From Myxococcota bacterium (GTDB lineage: Bacteria; Myxococcota_A; UBA9160; UBA6930), in assembly GCA_041605395.1 (NCBI GenBank), contig JBFIYM010000001.1, positions 1-63,532 of the forward strand: 63,532 nt of DNA, read 5' to 3'. The notes under the pieces are model-generated. The model was not told the DNA's origin and made no database searches. It worked only from the letters and a program-made list of their open reading frames with translations. A program made the position numbers and the translations under genes. How positions within the stretch are numbered: position 1 is the first letter of the stretch; every line of letters starts with the position of its first letter. Shown in pieces: positions 28,406 through 36,831 of the stretch.

Positions 28406-29050
28406 ATGGCACCGGCGAGAAAGCGATCCCGCAAGAAGCCCGCTCGCGCGAAGAAGAAGGCAGCCCGCCGAGGCGCCCCGAAGCGAAGCGCTGCGAAGCG
28501 GAAGACCGCCAGGCGCAGCGCCGCCAAGAAGACGAAGAAGCGGAAGGCCCCGGCGAAGCGGTCGGCCACGGCCCGCCGGAAGGCCAGCCCGAAGAAGAGC
28601 CCCGCCCCGAAGAGGAGCGCACCCCCGCCCCTCATGCGCCTCGCGCAGAAGATCATCCGCATGACGCAGGGGCCGAGCTTCGGCGCGGCGGAGATCCGCG
28701 AGCTCTACCAACCCGACGCCCGCTCGATCGAGGCCAGTGGGGCCACCGCCCAGGGCCACGCCGGGCTCGAAGAGAAGATGAAGGGTTGGGAGCAGATGAC
28801 GGCGGGCATGGACTCGGCGCCTCGAAACGTCTGGACCGGGCCGCACACCATCTGCATCGAGTGGGATTCGACCGTGACGATGCGTGATGGCCGCACGGTC
28901 CGGCTCCACGAGGTCGCCGTCCACGAGATCAAGGACGGCAAGATCCAGAGCGAGCGCTACTACTACGACCCGAGCGCGCTGGCGCCGCCCGCGCCGCCGA
29001 GCAGCCTGCCGCCCCCCGCTCCGCCCGGCAGCCTGCCGCCGACCGCCTGA
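28406..29050 (+). CDS. Protein with histone-H1-like Lys/Arg/Ala-rich N-terminal tail fused to a SnoaL/NTF2-like domain and a Pro-rich C-terminus
   Basis: GAGGAGG Shine-Dalgarno before ATG 28406. About 75 aa of AKKK/AKRK-type repeats are followed by an NTF2-like core (TICIEWDSTVTMRDGRTVRLHEVAVHEIKDGKIQSERYYYD). Confidence 0.65.
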   Translation: MAPARKRSRKKPARAKKKAARRGAPKRSAAKRKTARRSAAKKTKKRKAPAKRSATARRKASPKKSPAPKRSAPPPLMRLAQKIIRMTQGPSFGAAEIRELYQPDARSIEASGATAQGHAGLEEKMKGWEQMTAGMDSAPRNVWTGPHTICIEWDSTVTMRDGRTVRLHEVAVHEIKDGKIQSERYYYDPSALAPPAPPSSLPPPAPPGSLPPTA

Positions 29051-29054
29051 CGGC

Positions 29055-29972
29055 GTGCCCGAGTACCGCGAGATCGCATCCGGGCTCCAGTTTCCGGAGG
29101 GCCCGATCTGGTGCTCCGACGGGAGCGTCCTGCTCGTCGAGATCCGCCGCGGCACGCTCACGCGCGTGCACCCCGACGGACGCACGGAGGTCGTCGCCGA
29201 GTGCGGCGGCGGGCCGAATGGGGCGGCGGTCGGGCCCGACGGCGCCATCTACGTCACCAACAACGGCGGCTTCGAGTGGCACGACGTCGGCGGGCTGGTC
29301 CTGCCGGGGAACCAGCCCGCCGACTATCGCGGGGGCAGCATCCAGCGCGTCGAACCGAAGAGCGGGGAGGTCACGACGCTCTACACCGAGTGCGACGGCG
29401 TTCCCCTCAAGGGCCCGAACGATCTCGTCTTCGACGCGAGCGGCGGCTTCTGGTTCACGGATCTCGGCAAGATGCGGGCGCGGGACCGCGATCGCACGGG
29501 CATCTACTACGCCCGGCCCGACGGCTCGCTGATCCGCGAGATGGCGTTCCCGGTGGACGGGGGCCCGAACGGGATCGGGCTCTCGCCGGACGGCGATCGC
29601 GTCTACGTGGCGGAGACCTACACGGGCCGGGTCACGTACTGGGAGCTCTCGGCGCCCGGCGTGATCCGCCGCAACCCGATGTCGCCGCACGGCGGCACGC
29701 TGCTGGCCGACCTCGCCCAGGGGGAGCTGCTCGACTCGCTCGCCGTGGACGCCGACGGGAACGTCTGCGTCGCCACGATCGTGCGCGGCGGAATCACCGT
29801 CTTCTCGCCCACGGGCAAGCACGAGCACGTGGCCACCGACGACGCGCTGACCACCAACATCTGCTTCGGCGGCGAGGGCCTGCGCACCGCTTTCATCACC
29901 CTCTCCAGCACCGGGCGGCTCGTGTCGTGCGCCTGGGAACGGCCGGGTCTGCGCCTCGCCTACGACCTGTAG
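29055..29972 (+). CDS. SMP-30/gluconolactonase/LRE family protein
   Basis: LQFPEGPIW, PNGAAVGPDG, GPNDLVFD and PNGIGLSPDG are beta-propeller lactonase repeats. GTG start at 29055. Confidence 0.8.
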   Translation: MPEYREIASGLQFPEGPIWCSDGSVLLVEIRRGTLTRVHPDGRTEVVAECGGGPNGAAVGPDGAIYVTNNGGFEWHDVGGLVLPGNQPADYRGGSIQRVEPKSGEVTTLYTECDGVPLKGPNDLVFDASGGFWFTDLGKMRARDRDRTGIYYARPDGSLIREMAFPVDGGPNGIGLSPDGDRVYVAETYTGRVTYWELSAPGVIRRNPMSPHGGTLLADLAQGELLDSLAVDADGNVCVATIVRGGITVFSPTGKHEHVATDDALTTNICFGGEGLRTAFITLSSTGRLVSCAWERPGLRLAYDL

Positions 29973-29984
29973 GGGCGTGCGCCG

Positions 29985-30587
29985 ATGGGGGAGCCGCGCC
30001 ACCTCGAGTTCTGGTACGAGTTCGCCAGCACCTACTCCTACCTGAGTGTGATGCGCATCGAGAAGGTGGCTGCGGCGGTCAACCTTGCCGTCGCATGGCG
30101 GCCGTTCCTGCTCGGCCCGATCTTCCGCGCCCAGGGCTGGAACGACTCGCCCTTCAATCTCCAACCCGCGAAGGGGCGCTACATGTGGCGCGACCTCGCG
30201 CGCCTCGCCGAAGGCTACGGGCTGCCCTTCCGTCGGCCGTCGGTCTTCCCGCGCAATGGCCTGCTGGCGGCGCGCATCGGGCTCGCGGCCGAGCCCGAGG
30301 GCTGGTGCCCGGACTGGACCCGGGCCGTGTTCACCGCGGAGTTCGCGCACGACCGGGACATCGGCGACTCCGCGGTCCTCTCGGGCCTGCTCGAGACACT
30401 CGGGAAGGATCCCGGCGCCGTGCTCGCACGCGCCGAGGCGGACGAGAACAAGGCGGCCCTCCGCGCACAGACCGAGCGCGCCCAGGCGCTCGGCGTGTTC
30501 GGGGCGCCCAGCTTCGTGGTGGGCGAGGAGCTCTACTGGGGCAACGACCGCCTCGGCGACGCCGTCGCCCGGGCCGCACTCGGCTAG
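29985..30587 (+). CDS. 2-hydroxychromene-2-carboxylate isomerase / DsbA-like thioredoxin-fold protein
   Basis: LEFWYEFASTYSYL opening and GAPSFVVGEELYWGNDRL ending are typical of the HCCA isomerase family. Confidence 0.85.
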   Translation: MGEPRHLEFWYEFASTYSYLSVMRIEKVAAAVNLAVAWRPFLLGPIFRAQGWNDSPFNLQPAKGRYMWRDLARLAEGYGLPFRRPSVFPRNGLLAARIGLAAEPEGWCPDWTRAVFTAEFAHDRDIGDSAVLSGLLETLGKDPGAVLARAEADENKAALRAQTERAQALGVFGAPSFVVGEELYWGNDRLGDAVARAALG

Positions 30588-30591
30588 CCGC

Positions 30592-32049
30592 ATGGACGCG
30601 CCGCCGCTCCTGCGCCGACACAAGCTGGCCTACGGCGTCGGGCAGATCGCCGAGGGCCTGAAGACCGGCGCCTTCGAGACATTCCTGCTGTTCTACTACA
30701 ACCAGGTGCTGGGCCTGCCCGGCACGCTCTCCGGCGCGGCGCTCATGATCGCGCTGATCTTCGACGCGGTGACGGATCCCCTGGCGGGCTCGCTCTCCGA
30801 CGCCACGCGCTCGCGCCACGGACGGCGCCACCCGTGGATGGTGGCCGCGGCGCTGCCCCTCGGGCTCTCCACCTTTGCGCTCTTCTCCCCTCCCGAAGGG
30901 CTCGGCACCTGGGAGCTGTTCGCCTGGCTCACCGTCGGTGCCGTGGCCGTGCGCGGCTCGATGACGCTCTATCACGTGCCGCACAACTCGCTCGGCGCCG
31001 AGCTCTCCGAAGACTACGCGGAGCGAACCCGCGTGGTGGGCTATCGCGTCGTCTTCGGCATGATCGGCCTCGGGCTGGCGCCGGCGCTCGGCTTCTTCGT
31101 GTTCCTGCGCGAGGGCGCCGACGGGGTCGGCATCCAGAACGCGGCGGGCTACCGCGCCTACGCCGCGACCGTCGGGGTCCTGATGATCGCGACGGTCTGG
31201 GTCTCCGCCTTCGGCACCTGGAGCCGGATCCCGTTCCTGCCCCGCAGCAGCGAAGAGACGGAGGCCTTCTCGGCGGGTCGGCTCACACGTGAGGTGCGCA
31301 GCGCCTTCGTCGGGAGCTCCTTCGGCGTGCTGTTCGCCGGGGTGATCGTCTACTTCGTCCTGCGCGGCCTCCAGAACTCGCTCGGGCTCCACCTCAACGC
31401 CCACTTCTGGGGCCTCTCGTCCGACCAGATGGGCATCCTGATCTTCCCGACGATCGTCGGCTTCGCCACCGGGACCGTGTTCTGGTCGGCGCTCGCCAAT
31501 CGTCTCGAGAAGCGCAGCATCATCCTGGTGGGAACCACGCTCTTCACGGTCTTCGTCGCGCTGCCCGTGTGGCTGCGGCTGGGCGGGATCCTGCCCGAGA
31601 CGCTCTCGACGACGGCGATCACCGGCATCCTCACCGCGGCCCTACTCGTCGCCACCTTCGGCGCGGGCGGCTCGGTCACCGCCTTCAACTCGGCGATGGC
31701 CGACATCACCGACGAGCACGAGCTGCGCACCGGGCGCCGGCAGGAGGGCATCTACTTCGGCGCGCTCGCCTTCGCCGGCAAGAGCAGCTCGGGGCTGGGC
31801 CACGGCCTCGCCGGAGTGGGCCTCGATCTGATCGCGTTTCCCGCGAACGCGGTGGTCGGGAGCGTCGCGCCCGAGGTGATCTTCGGCCTCGGCGTGCTGT
31901 ACGGGCCGGGCCTCGCGGTGCTGGCGGTGATCGCGCTGGCCTGCTTCTGGCGCTATCGGCTCACGCGGGAACGTTTCGAGGCGATCCGCCGCGAGCTCGA
32001 CGCGCGGCGAGGAGGGGCACGAGAATGGAGCGGACGCACGAAGTCCTGA
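30592..32049 (+). CDS. MFS transporter, glycoside-pentoside-hexuronide (GPH/MelB-like) family
   Basis: YGVGQIAEGLK...FLLFYYNQVLGL, FDAVTDPLAG..SD and RHGRRHPW are GPH family signatures. 12 TM pattern. Confidence 0.8.
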   Translation: MDAPPLLRRHKLAYGVGQIAEGLKTGAFETFLLFYYNQVLGLPGTLSGAALMIALIFDAVTDPLAGSLSDATRSRHGRRHPWMVAAALPLGLSTFALFSPPEGLGTWELFAWLTVGAVAVRGSMTLYHVPHNSLGAELSEDYAERTRVVGYRVVFGMIGLGLAPALGFFVFLREGADGVGIQNAAGYRAYAATVGVLMIATVWVSAFGTWSRIPFLPRSSEETEAFSAGRLTREVRSAFVGSSFGVLFAGVIVYFVLRGLQNSLGLHLNAHFWGLSSDQMGILIFPTIVGFATGTVFWSALANRLEKRSIILVGTTLFTVFVALPVWLRLGGILPETLSTTAITGILTAALLVATFGAGGSVTAFNSAMADITDEHELRTGRRQEGIYFGALAFAGKSSSGLGHGLAGVGLDLIAFPANAVVGSVAPEVIFGLGVLYGPGLAVLAVIALACFWRYRLTRERFEAIRRELDARRGGAREWSGRTKS

Positions 32050-33680
32050 ACCAGCCGCCGCCGCTCGAGGGCTACTCGCTCTACGCGAGCGACACCGCGC
32101 TCCGCGAGGGGATCGAGCGCGAGGGCGGGCGTGGCTTCGAGGCGGAGCTCGAGTGCGCCGGGGTCGACCTCGGCAGCGCCGCGACGTTCGCCGCCGGCCG
32201 CCTCGCGAACCGCCTCGGTCCCGAGCTGCGCACGCACGACCGCTATGGGCACCGCATCGACGAGGTGGAGTTCCACCCGGCCTGGCACGACGTGCTTCGG
32301 CTCGCCATGGCCCACCGCGTCCACAACCTGCCCTGGCATGCGGAGCGGCCGGGCGCGCAGGTCGCACGCGCGAGCCTGCTCTCGATGCTGGCGCAGGTGG
32401 AGGCCGGCGCCTGCTGCCCGCTCACGATGACCTTTGCCGCCTGGCCGGTGCTGCGAAGCGACGCCGAGCTCGCCGCGACGTGGGGCCCGCGCCTGTGCGG
32501 CAACGCCTACGAGCCGCGCCTGCTGCCCGCTGCCGAGAAGGCCGCGGTGCTCGTCGGCATGGCGATGACCGAGAAGCAGGGCGGGAGCGACGTGCGAGCG
32601 AACACGACCGCCGCCGAGCCCGCCGGGGCGGTCGACGGCCGCGACGTCTTCGCGCTCACCGGCCACAAGTGGTTCTGCTCGGCGCCCATGAGCGACGCCT
32701 TCCTGATGCTCGCGCAGCAGGAAGGTCGCGGGCTCTCCTGCTTCTTCGTCCCGCGCTTCCGCCCCGATGGGAGCCGCAACGCCATCCAGCTCCAGCGGCT
32801 CAAGGACAAGCTCGGCAACCGCTCGAACGCGTCGAGCGAGATCGAGCTGCGCGGCGCCTTCGCGCTGCTGCTCGGTGAGCCCGGCCGCGGCGTGCGCACC
32901 ATCCTCGAGATGGTCCAGCACACGCGCCTCGACTGCGTGGCCGGGAGCACCGGCCTGGTGCGCCAGGCGGTGGCGCAGGCCATCCACCACGCGGAGCACC
33001 GCGAGGCCTTCGGGCGCCGCCTCGCCGAGCAGCCGCTCATGCAGGCGGTGCTCGCCGACCTCGCGCTCGAGTCCGAGGCCTCGACCGCGCTGATGCTGCG
33101 CCTGGCGCGCGCCTTCGAGACGCCCGAGGGGTCGGCCGAGCGCGCCTTCGCCCGCATCGCCACGGCGGTGGCCAAGTACTGGGTGTGCAAGCGCGCGCCG
33201 CAGGCGATCGCCGAGGCCATGGAGTGCCTCGGCGGCGCCGGCTACGTCGAGGAATCGAACCTGCCGCGCCTCTACCGCGAGGCCCCCGTGAACGCCATCT
33301 GGGAGGGCAGCGGCAACGTGATCTGCCTCGACGTGCTGCGCGCCCTCGTGCGCGAGCCCGAGTGCGCGCTGGCGCTACTCGACGAGATCAAGCTCGCACG
33401 GGGCGGGGACGCCCGGCTCGACACCTGGACCGCGAAGCTCGAGGCCGAGCTCGGCGAGCGCGACGACGCCGAGCGGCGCGCTCGACGGCTCGTCGAGCGC
33501 ATCGCACTCGCACTGCAGGCGTCGCTGCTGGTGCGGGGCGCGCCGGGGTTCGTGGCCGACGCCTTCTGTGCCGCGCGACTCGGCGATGGCGACGGCGTGG
33601 CGGGCCTGCAGTTCGGAGCGCTGCCGCGGGGTGTGGACTGCGCGGCGCTCGTGGAGCGGGCCGAAGCGTCGACCGCATGA
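32025..33680 (+). CDS. aidB: AidB-like acyl-CoA dehydrogenase family protein
   Basis: Collinear with E. coli AidB (VLNQPPPLEGYSLY, FHPAWH, VHNLPW, CPLTMTFAA, MTEKQGGSDV, GHKWFCS, LSCFFVPRF.PDG.RNAI.LQRLKDKLGNRSNAS, LPRLYREAPVN.IWEGSGN). Overlaps the MFS gene by 25 nt. Confidence 0.9.
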   Translation: MERTHEVLNQPPPLEGYSLYASDTALREGIEREGGRGFEAELECAGVDLGSAATFAAGRLANRLGPELRTHDRYGHRIDEVEFHPAWHDVLRLAMAHRVHNLPWHAERPGAQVARASLLSMLAQVEAGACCPLTMTFAAWPVLRSDAELAATWGPRLCGNAYEPRLLPAAEKAAVLVGMAMTEKQGGSDVRANTTAAEPAGAVDGRDVFALTGHKWFCSAPMSDAFLMLAQQEGRGLSCFFVPRFRPDGSRNAIQLQRLKDKLGNRSNASSEIELRGAFALLLGEPGRGVRTILEMVQHTRLDCVAGSTGLVRQAVAQAIHHAEHREAFGRRLAEQPLMQAVLADLALESEASTALMLRLARAFETPEGSAERAFARIATAVAKYWVCKRAPQAIAEAMECLGGAGYVEESNLPRLYREAPVNAIWEGSGNVICLDVLRALVREPECALALLDEIKLARGGDARLDTWTAKLEAELGERDDAERRARRLVERIALALQASLLVRGAPGFVADAFCAARLGDGDGVAGLQFGALPRGVDCAALVERAEASTA

Positions 33681-33717
33681 CGCCCGGCGGCGGCGCCGCG
33701 GCTGCTACGGTGGCCGG

Positions 33718-34179
33718 GTGAGCCTGCGCGGTCCGCTCAGTCACGTGGACCTCTCGGTGAGCGATCCCGATCGCTCGATCCCGTTCTACGCCGCGTTCTT
33801 CGAGGCGCTCGGCTACCGACGTTTCGAGACCGACGACCCGGAGTTCTGCGGCGAGCGTCCGCGTCGCGCGGCGTGGTTCACGCGCTATCCCGGCCGCGGC
33901 GTGTTCGGCGTCGAGGTGCGGCCGGCGGCCGGCGAGAATCGGGACCGGGCTCACGATCGCTACGCACCGGGGCTCCACCACATCGCGTTCCATGCGGACA
34001 GCCGCGAGGCCGTCGACGAGGCACGCGCCCGCGTGGCGGCGGCCGGGGGCCGCGTCCTCGACCCGCCGGCCGACTACTCGGGCCAGTGCGGCTACACCGA
34101 GGGCTACTACGCGGTGTTCTTCGCCGACCCCGACGGCGTGAAGCTCGAGGTCGTCTATGAGCCGGGGCTGAACCCGTGA
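33718..34179 (+). CDS. VOC/glyoxalase family protein
   Basis: LSHVDLSVSDPDRSIPFY opening, HHIAF, and FFADPDGVKLEVVY ending. GTG start at 33718. Confidence 0.75.
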   Translation: MSLRGPLSHVDLSVSDPDRSIPFYAAFFEALGYRRFETDDPEFCGERPRRAAWFTRYPGRGVFGVEVRPAAGENRDRAHDRYAPGLHHIAFHADSREAVDEARARVAAAGGRVLDPPADYSGQCGYTEGYYAVFFADPDGVKLEVVYEPGLNP

Positions 34180-35999
34180 GGATGGGGCGAACGAGCGGTG
34201 ACTTTGGCATGCAGTGACGTCCGGGAACGTCCGGTGATATCCGACCCGGGGGATGTGTGGCTAGAGCGACGGTGGGCGAACGAGCGACCGTCGGCGACTG
34301 AGCCCGCGGCCAGGGCTGGTCTTGGGCTCAGCTCCGGAGGGCGCCTCGGCAGCGCGGGCGAGCGACGTTGCTCCGCCGCGGCTGGTGCAATCGATTGGCC
34401 TCGGAGCTCCTGTGCGTGGGGGCGGATCTCGACCCGACACACCCGACTCGCCTCTAGGCCGTTCTGCTCGACCCACTGGGCAAGCGCACCCTCGATTCGC
34501 CGCCGGTCGGCAGGGAAGCCGACCCGCGTGTCCTCCAGGTTCCATCCGTCCGGCTCGAACGTGGTGGCACCGTTGATCGTGGGTACTCCGCTCTCGATCT
34601 GCGCCCACATCGCATCGAGTGAGTACTTCCAGGCGCGGTGGGTCTGGGCGCGAGGCATGTACAGGAAGGCGTCGCATCGGGATGGCTCCACCGCGGCTGC
34701 AATCTCGCGAATCAGTGCACGGTTCTCCGCCATCTCGAAGGACGGCAGGTGCTTGCCCTGCTCGACCAGGCAGAAGAGCCCGAGCGACGCTGCAGCCAGG
34801 CGCCCGGCGGGACGACGCGAAGCAAGCCGGTCGATCGTGACCGCCGCGCAGAGGGCGAGGGGGATCAATACCAACAGAACCGCCCGGGACACGGCTCGCA
34901 GTGCCGCCGCGCCAGGCACCCAGTCGTACAGGATCTTCCAGGGAAAGAAGTCTCCGAAGCGCATCGTGAACAGCGCAAGCAAGACTCCTCCCAGCGTCAA
35001 CATCAACAACATGCGACGCCGGCGTCCCCAGAACAGACCGAGACCGACGACGAGCGTAGAGACGGGACCGAGGCTCAGTGCCTGACCGCTGGCGATGCCA
35101 GTGTGAGCGAAGAACGGATGGGCCAAAAAGCCGTACAGCCAGCTCGAGTCGCCTAGGTACAGCCAGCGCGCAGGCTTGACCACCATCATCTCGCCGAAGC
35201 TGCGTACACCCATCGTGTGCGCCGCTTCGAGGTAGGGGCTCGCGAGCGGAGCCAGCAGCAGACCGCCGAGCGCTGCTCCCGCAAGATAGGCGAGCGTGAC
35301 TCGACGCTCCTTCCACAGCGTGGGAACGAGGTCCGTCAGGAGTGCAGCAAACGCCAGCGAGAAGCACAGCAGGGCGGCCGCGAACCAGCCGAGGTAGAAG
35401 CTGCTCCAGAACTGCAGAGCGAACAGGGGGCCCGCCGACAGCGCCCATGCCGCCCGACGCCACTCGCTTCGCGCGAGCGTTGCCCGGACGATCGCGAGCA
35501 GGGCCAGAACCGTCCAGAACTCCGGGTACAGCTGATAGTGACCAAAGCGGGCCTCGGAGAGGCGGGGGCCGGCCGCCGCGAAGAGCGCACCAGCGAATCC
35601 GCTCGCAAGCCAAGAGGCCGCGAGCGCCTGCCGCGCGAGGATCGCCATCGCGCCGAAGTTCAGGACCGTCACCGCGGTGAGCCAGAGCTGGTAGGCGCTC
35701 CACGCGTCGAAACCGAGCGAGCGCGCCAGAAAGTAGGGAGGCGCCGCGCTCAGCAGGATCTCGGAGTAGGCCGCGGCGTTGCGCGCGGGAAAGAAGAAGG
35801 GTGGGCTCCACAGAGCTTCGTGATGAGAGGCTCCGGTCAGCCACTTCCAGCCGTGTTCGAGGACATAGTGGAAGAATCGGGCGTCGTATAGATCACCCTC
35901 GATCACCTCGAAGCCGGACAAGAGCATGGGGTAATGTGCGATGCCGATCGCGGCACTCAGGAACAGCGCCAGCCAAGAAAGCATCCGGGCGAGACGCAT
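34155..35999 (-). CDS. Hypothetical large polytopic membrane protein (possible GT-C-fold glycosyl/arabinosyl-transferase-like) with soluble C-terminal domain
   Basis: More than 12 TM segments followed by a soluble domain. Visibly lower GC and more A/T-ending codons than its neighbours. The last roughly 90 aa are low-complexity and overlap the VOC gene end by 25 nt, so the stop position may be read-through. Confidence 0.55.
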   Translation of the reverse strand: MRLARMLSWLALFLSAAIGIAHYPMLLSGFEVIEGDLYDARFFHYVLEHGWKWLTGASHHEALWSPPFFFPARNAAAYSEILLSAAPPYFLARSLGFDAWSAYQLWLTAVTVLNFGAMAILARQALAASWLASGFAGALFAAAGPRLSEARFGHYQLYPEFWTVLALLAIVRATLARSEWRRAAWALSAGPLFALQFWSSFYLGWFAAALLCFSLAFAALLTDLVPTLWKERRVTLAYLAGAALGGLLLAPLASPYLEAAHTMGVRSFGEMMVVKPARWLYLGDSSWLYGFLAHPFFAHTGIASGQALSLGPVSTLVVGLGLFWGRRRRMLLMLTLGGVLLALFTMRFGDFFPWKILYDWVPGAAALRAVSRAVLLVLIPLALCAAVTIDRLASRRPAGRLAAASLGLFCLVEQGKHLPSFEMAENRALIREIAAAVEPSRCDAFLYMPRAQTHRAWKYSLDAMWAQIESGVPTINGATTFEPDGWNLEDTRVGFPADRRRIEGALAQWVEQNGLEASRVCRVEIRPHAQELRGQSIAPAAAEQRRSPALPRRPPELSPRPALAAGSVADGRSFAHRRSSHTSPGSDITGRSRTSLHAKVTARSPHPHGFSPGS

Positions 36000-36263
36000 C
36001 GGTGCAAGCTAGCGCAGGACGAGCCCGTAGAGGGTAGAGCCGAATCGTCGAGGCCGATCCACACCGAGACTCGTGAGGACCGTGCTTCCCGAGTCGTCGG
36101 TACCGCTCGGACGCTCCGGGGCCTCGGGCTGAGCCGCCGCCGCGTCGCCCGAGCGATCTACTCGGTAGGCTCACCCAGGGGGTCGTGAAACACGTGACGC
36201 GCCCCCGCCCCGCCCGAGCTCCACCGGAAGCACGTTGGCCAGGTTGCCGGGGCCGTTGATGGC

Positions 36264-36684
36264 TCAGTTCACGTTGCCGCCACAGCCGGAAGCCTGGCTG
36301 GTGCTCCACTCACTGGTCACGGTCGGGTGCATGCGAACGTCGACCGTCGTGCCGACGCCGCCGCCGGACTCGATGCGAAGGTCGCCGGCCAGGGCTGCTG
36401 CCATGGCACGGGAGCACCCGGAGTTCGTGGCGACCGGCTCCTGGGTGGAGGCGATGGCGAAGGACGGGCTGCTGGCTGCCGACCACGTGCCCGGGCCTCC
36501 GCCTTGTCGGCGCTCGCAACGTCGGGGACCAGGAGCTCTAAGGGGGCGAATCGACGTCCGATACCCCGCCGTGATGACCAATCCCTTGGGGGAGCGCGCT
36601 GACGCGCACACCTCCTGCGACCCTAGGCGGCTCCGGCTTGGTCGAGCTGAAAGGAAGGTTGCCGACATTCAGCTTCGTGCTCAC
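36264..36684 (-). pseudogene. Possible decayed RRM RNA-binding protein gene (remnant of a paralog of the 54616-54912 gene)
   Basis: The minus-strand reading from GTG 36684 gives VSTKLNVGNLPFSST, which matches the RNP2 end of the intact gene (GKLYVGNLPWRAT). That frame then hits a stop after 47 codons. No RNP1 (RGFGFVE) is recoverable in any frame. Confidence 0.3.
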
Positions 36685-36831
36685 CTGAACGATCGTCGCG
36701 CGAGGGGGTCGGACGGGTCGTGGTTCCTCCTTGACTCAGGCGTCCCCAGCGTCGGAGAATCGCCCCGAACGCTCGTCGCGCTCCCGACGCAAGACCGTGG
36801 AGCGACTCGACGAGTCCCCGGAGGATCCGCG

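Noticed and set aside
34185-34286. 13-bp direct repeat gggcgaacgagcg (34185-34197 and 34274-34286), considered as a possible mobile-element scar
   Set aside because: It is short and GC-rich, with no associated inverted repeats or transposase remnant. It is compatible with chance in this composition.
36264-36668. 134-aa minus-strand ORF as a bona fide gene (possibly a small secreted or RiPP-like peptide ending CGGNVN)
   Set aside because: Most of the translation is Arg/Ser/Pro-rich and not protein-like. There is no ribosome-binding site at its ATG. It overlaps the out-of-frame RRM-like remnant. I keep it only as part of the orphan-region finding.
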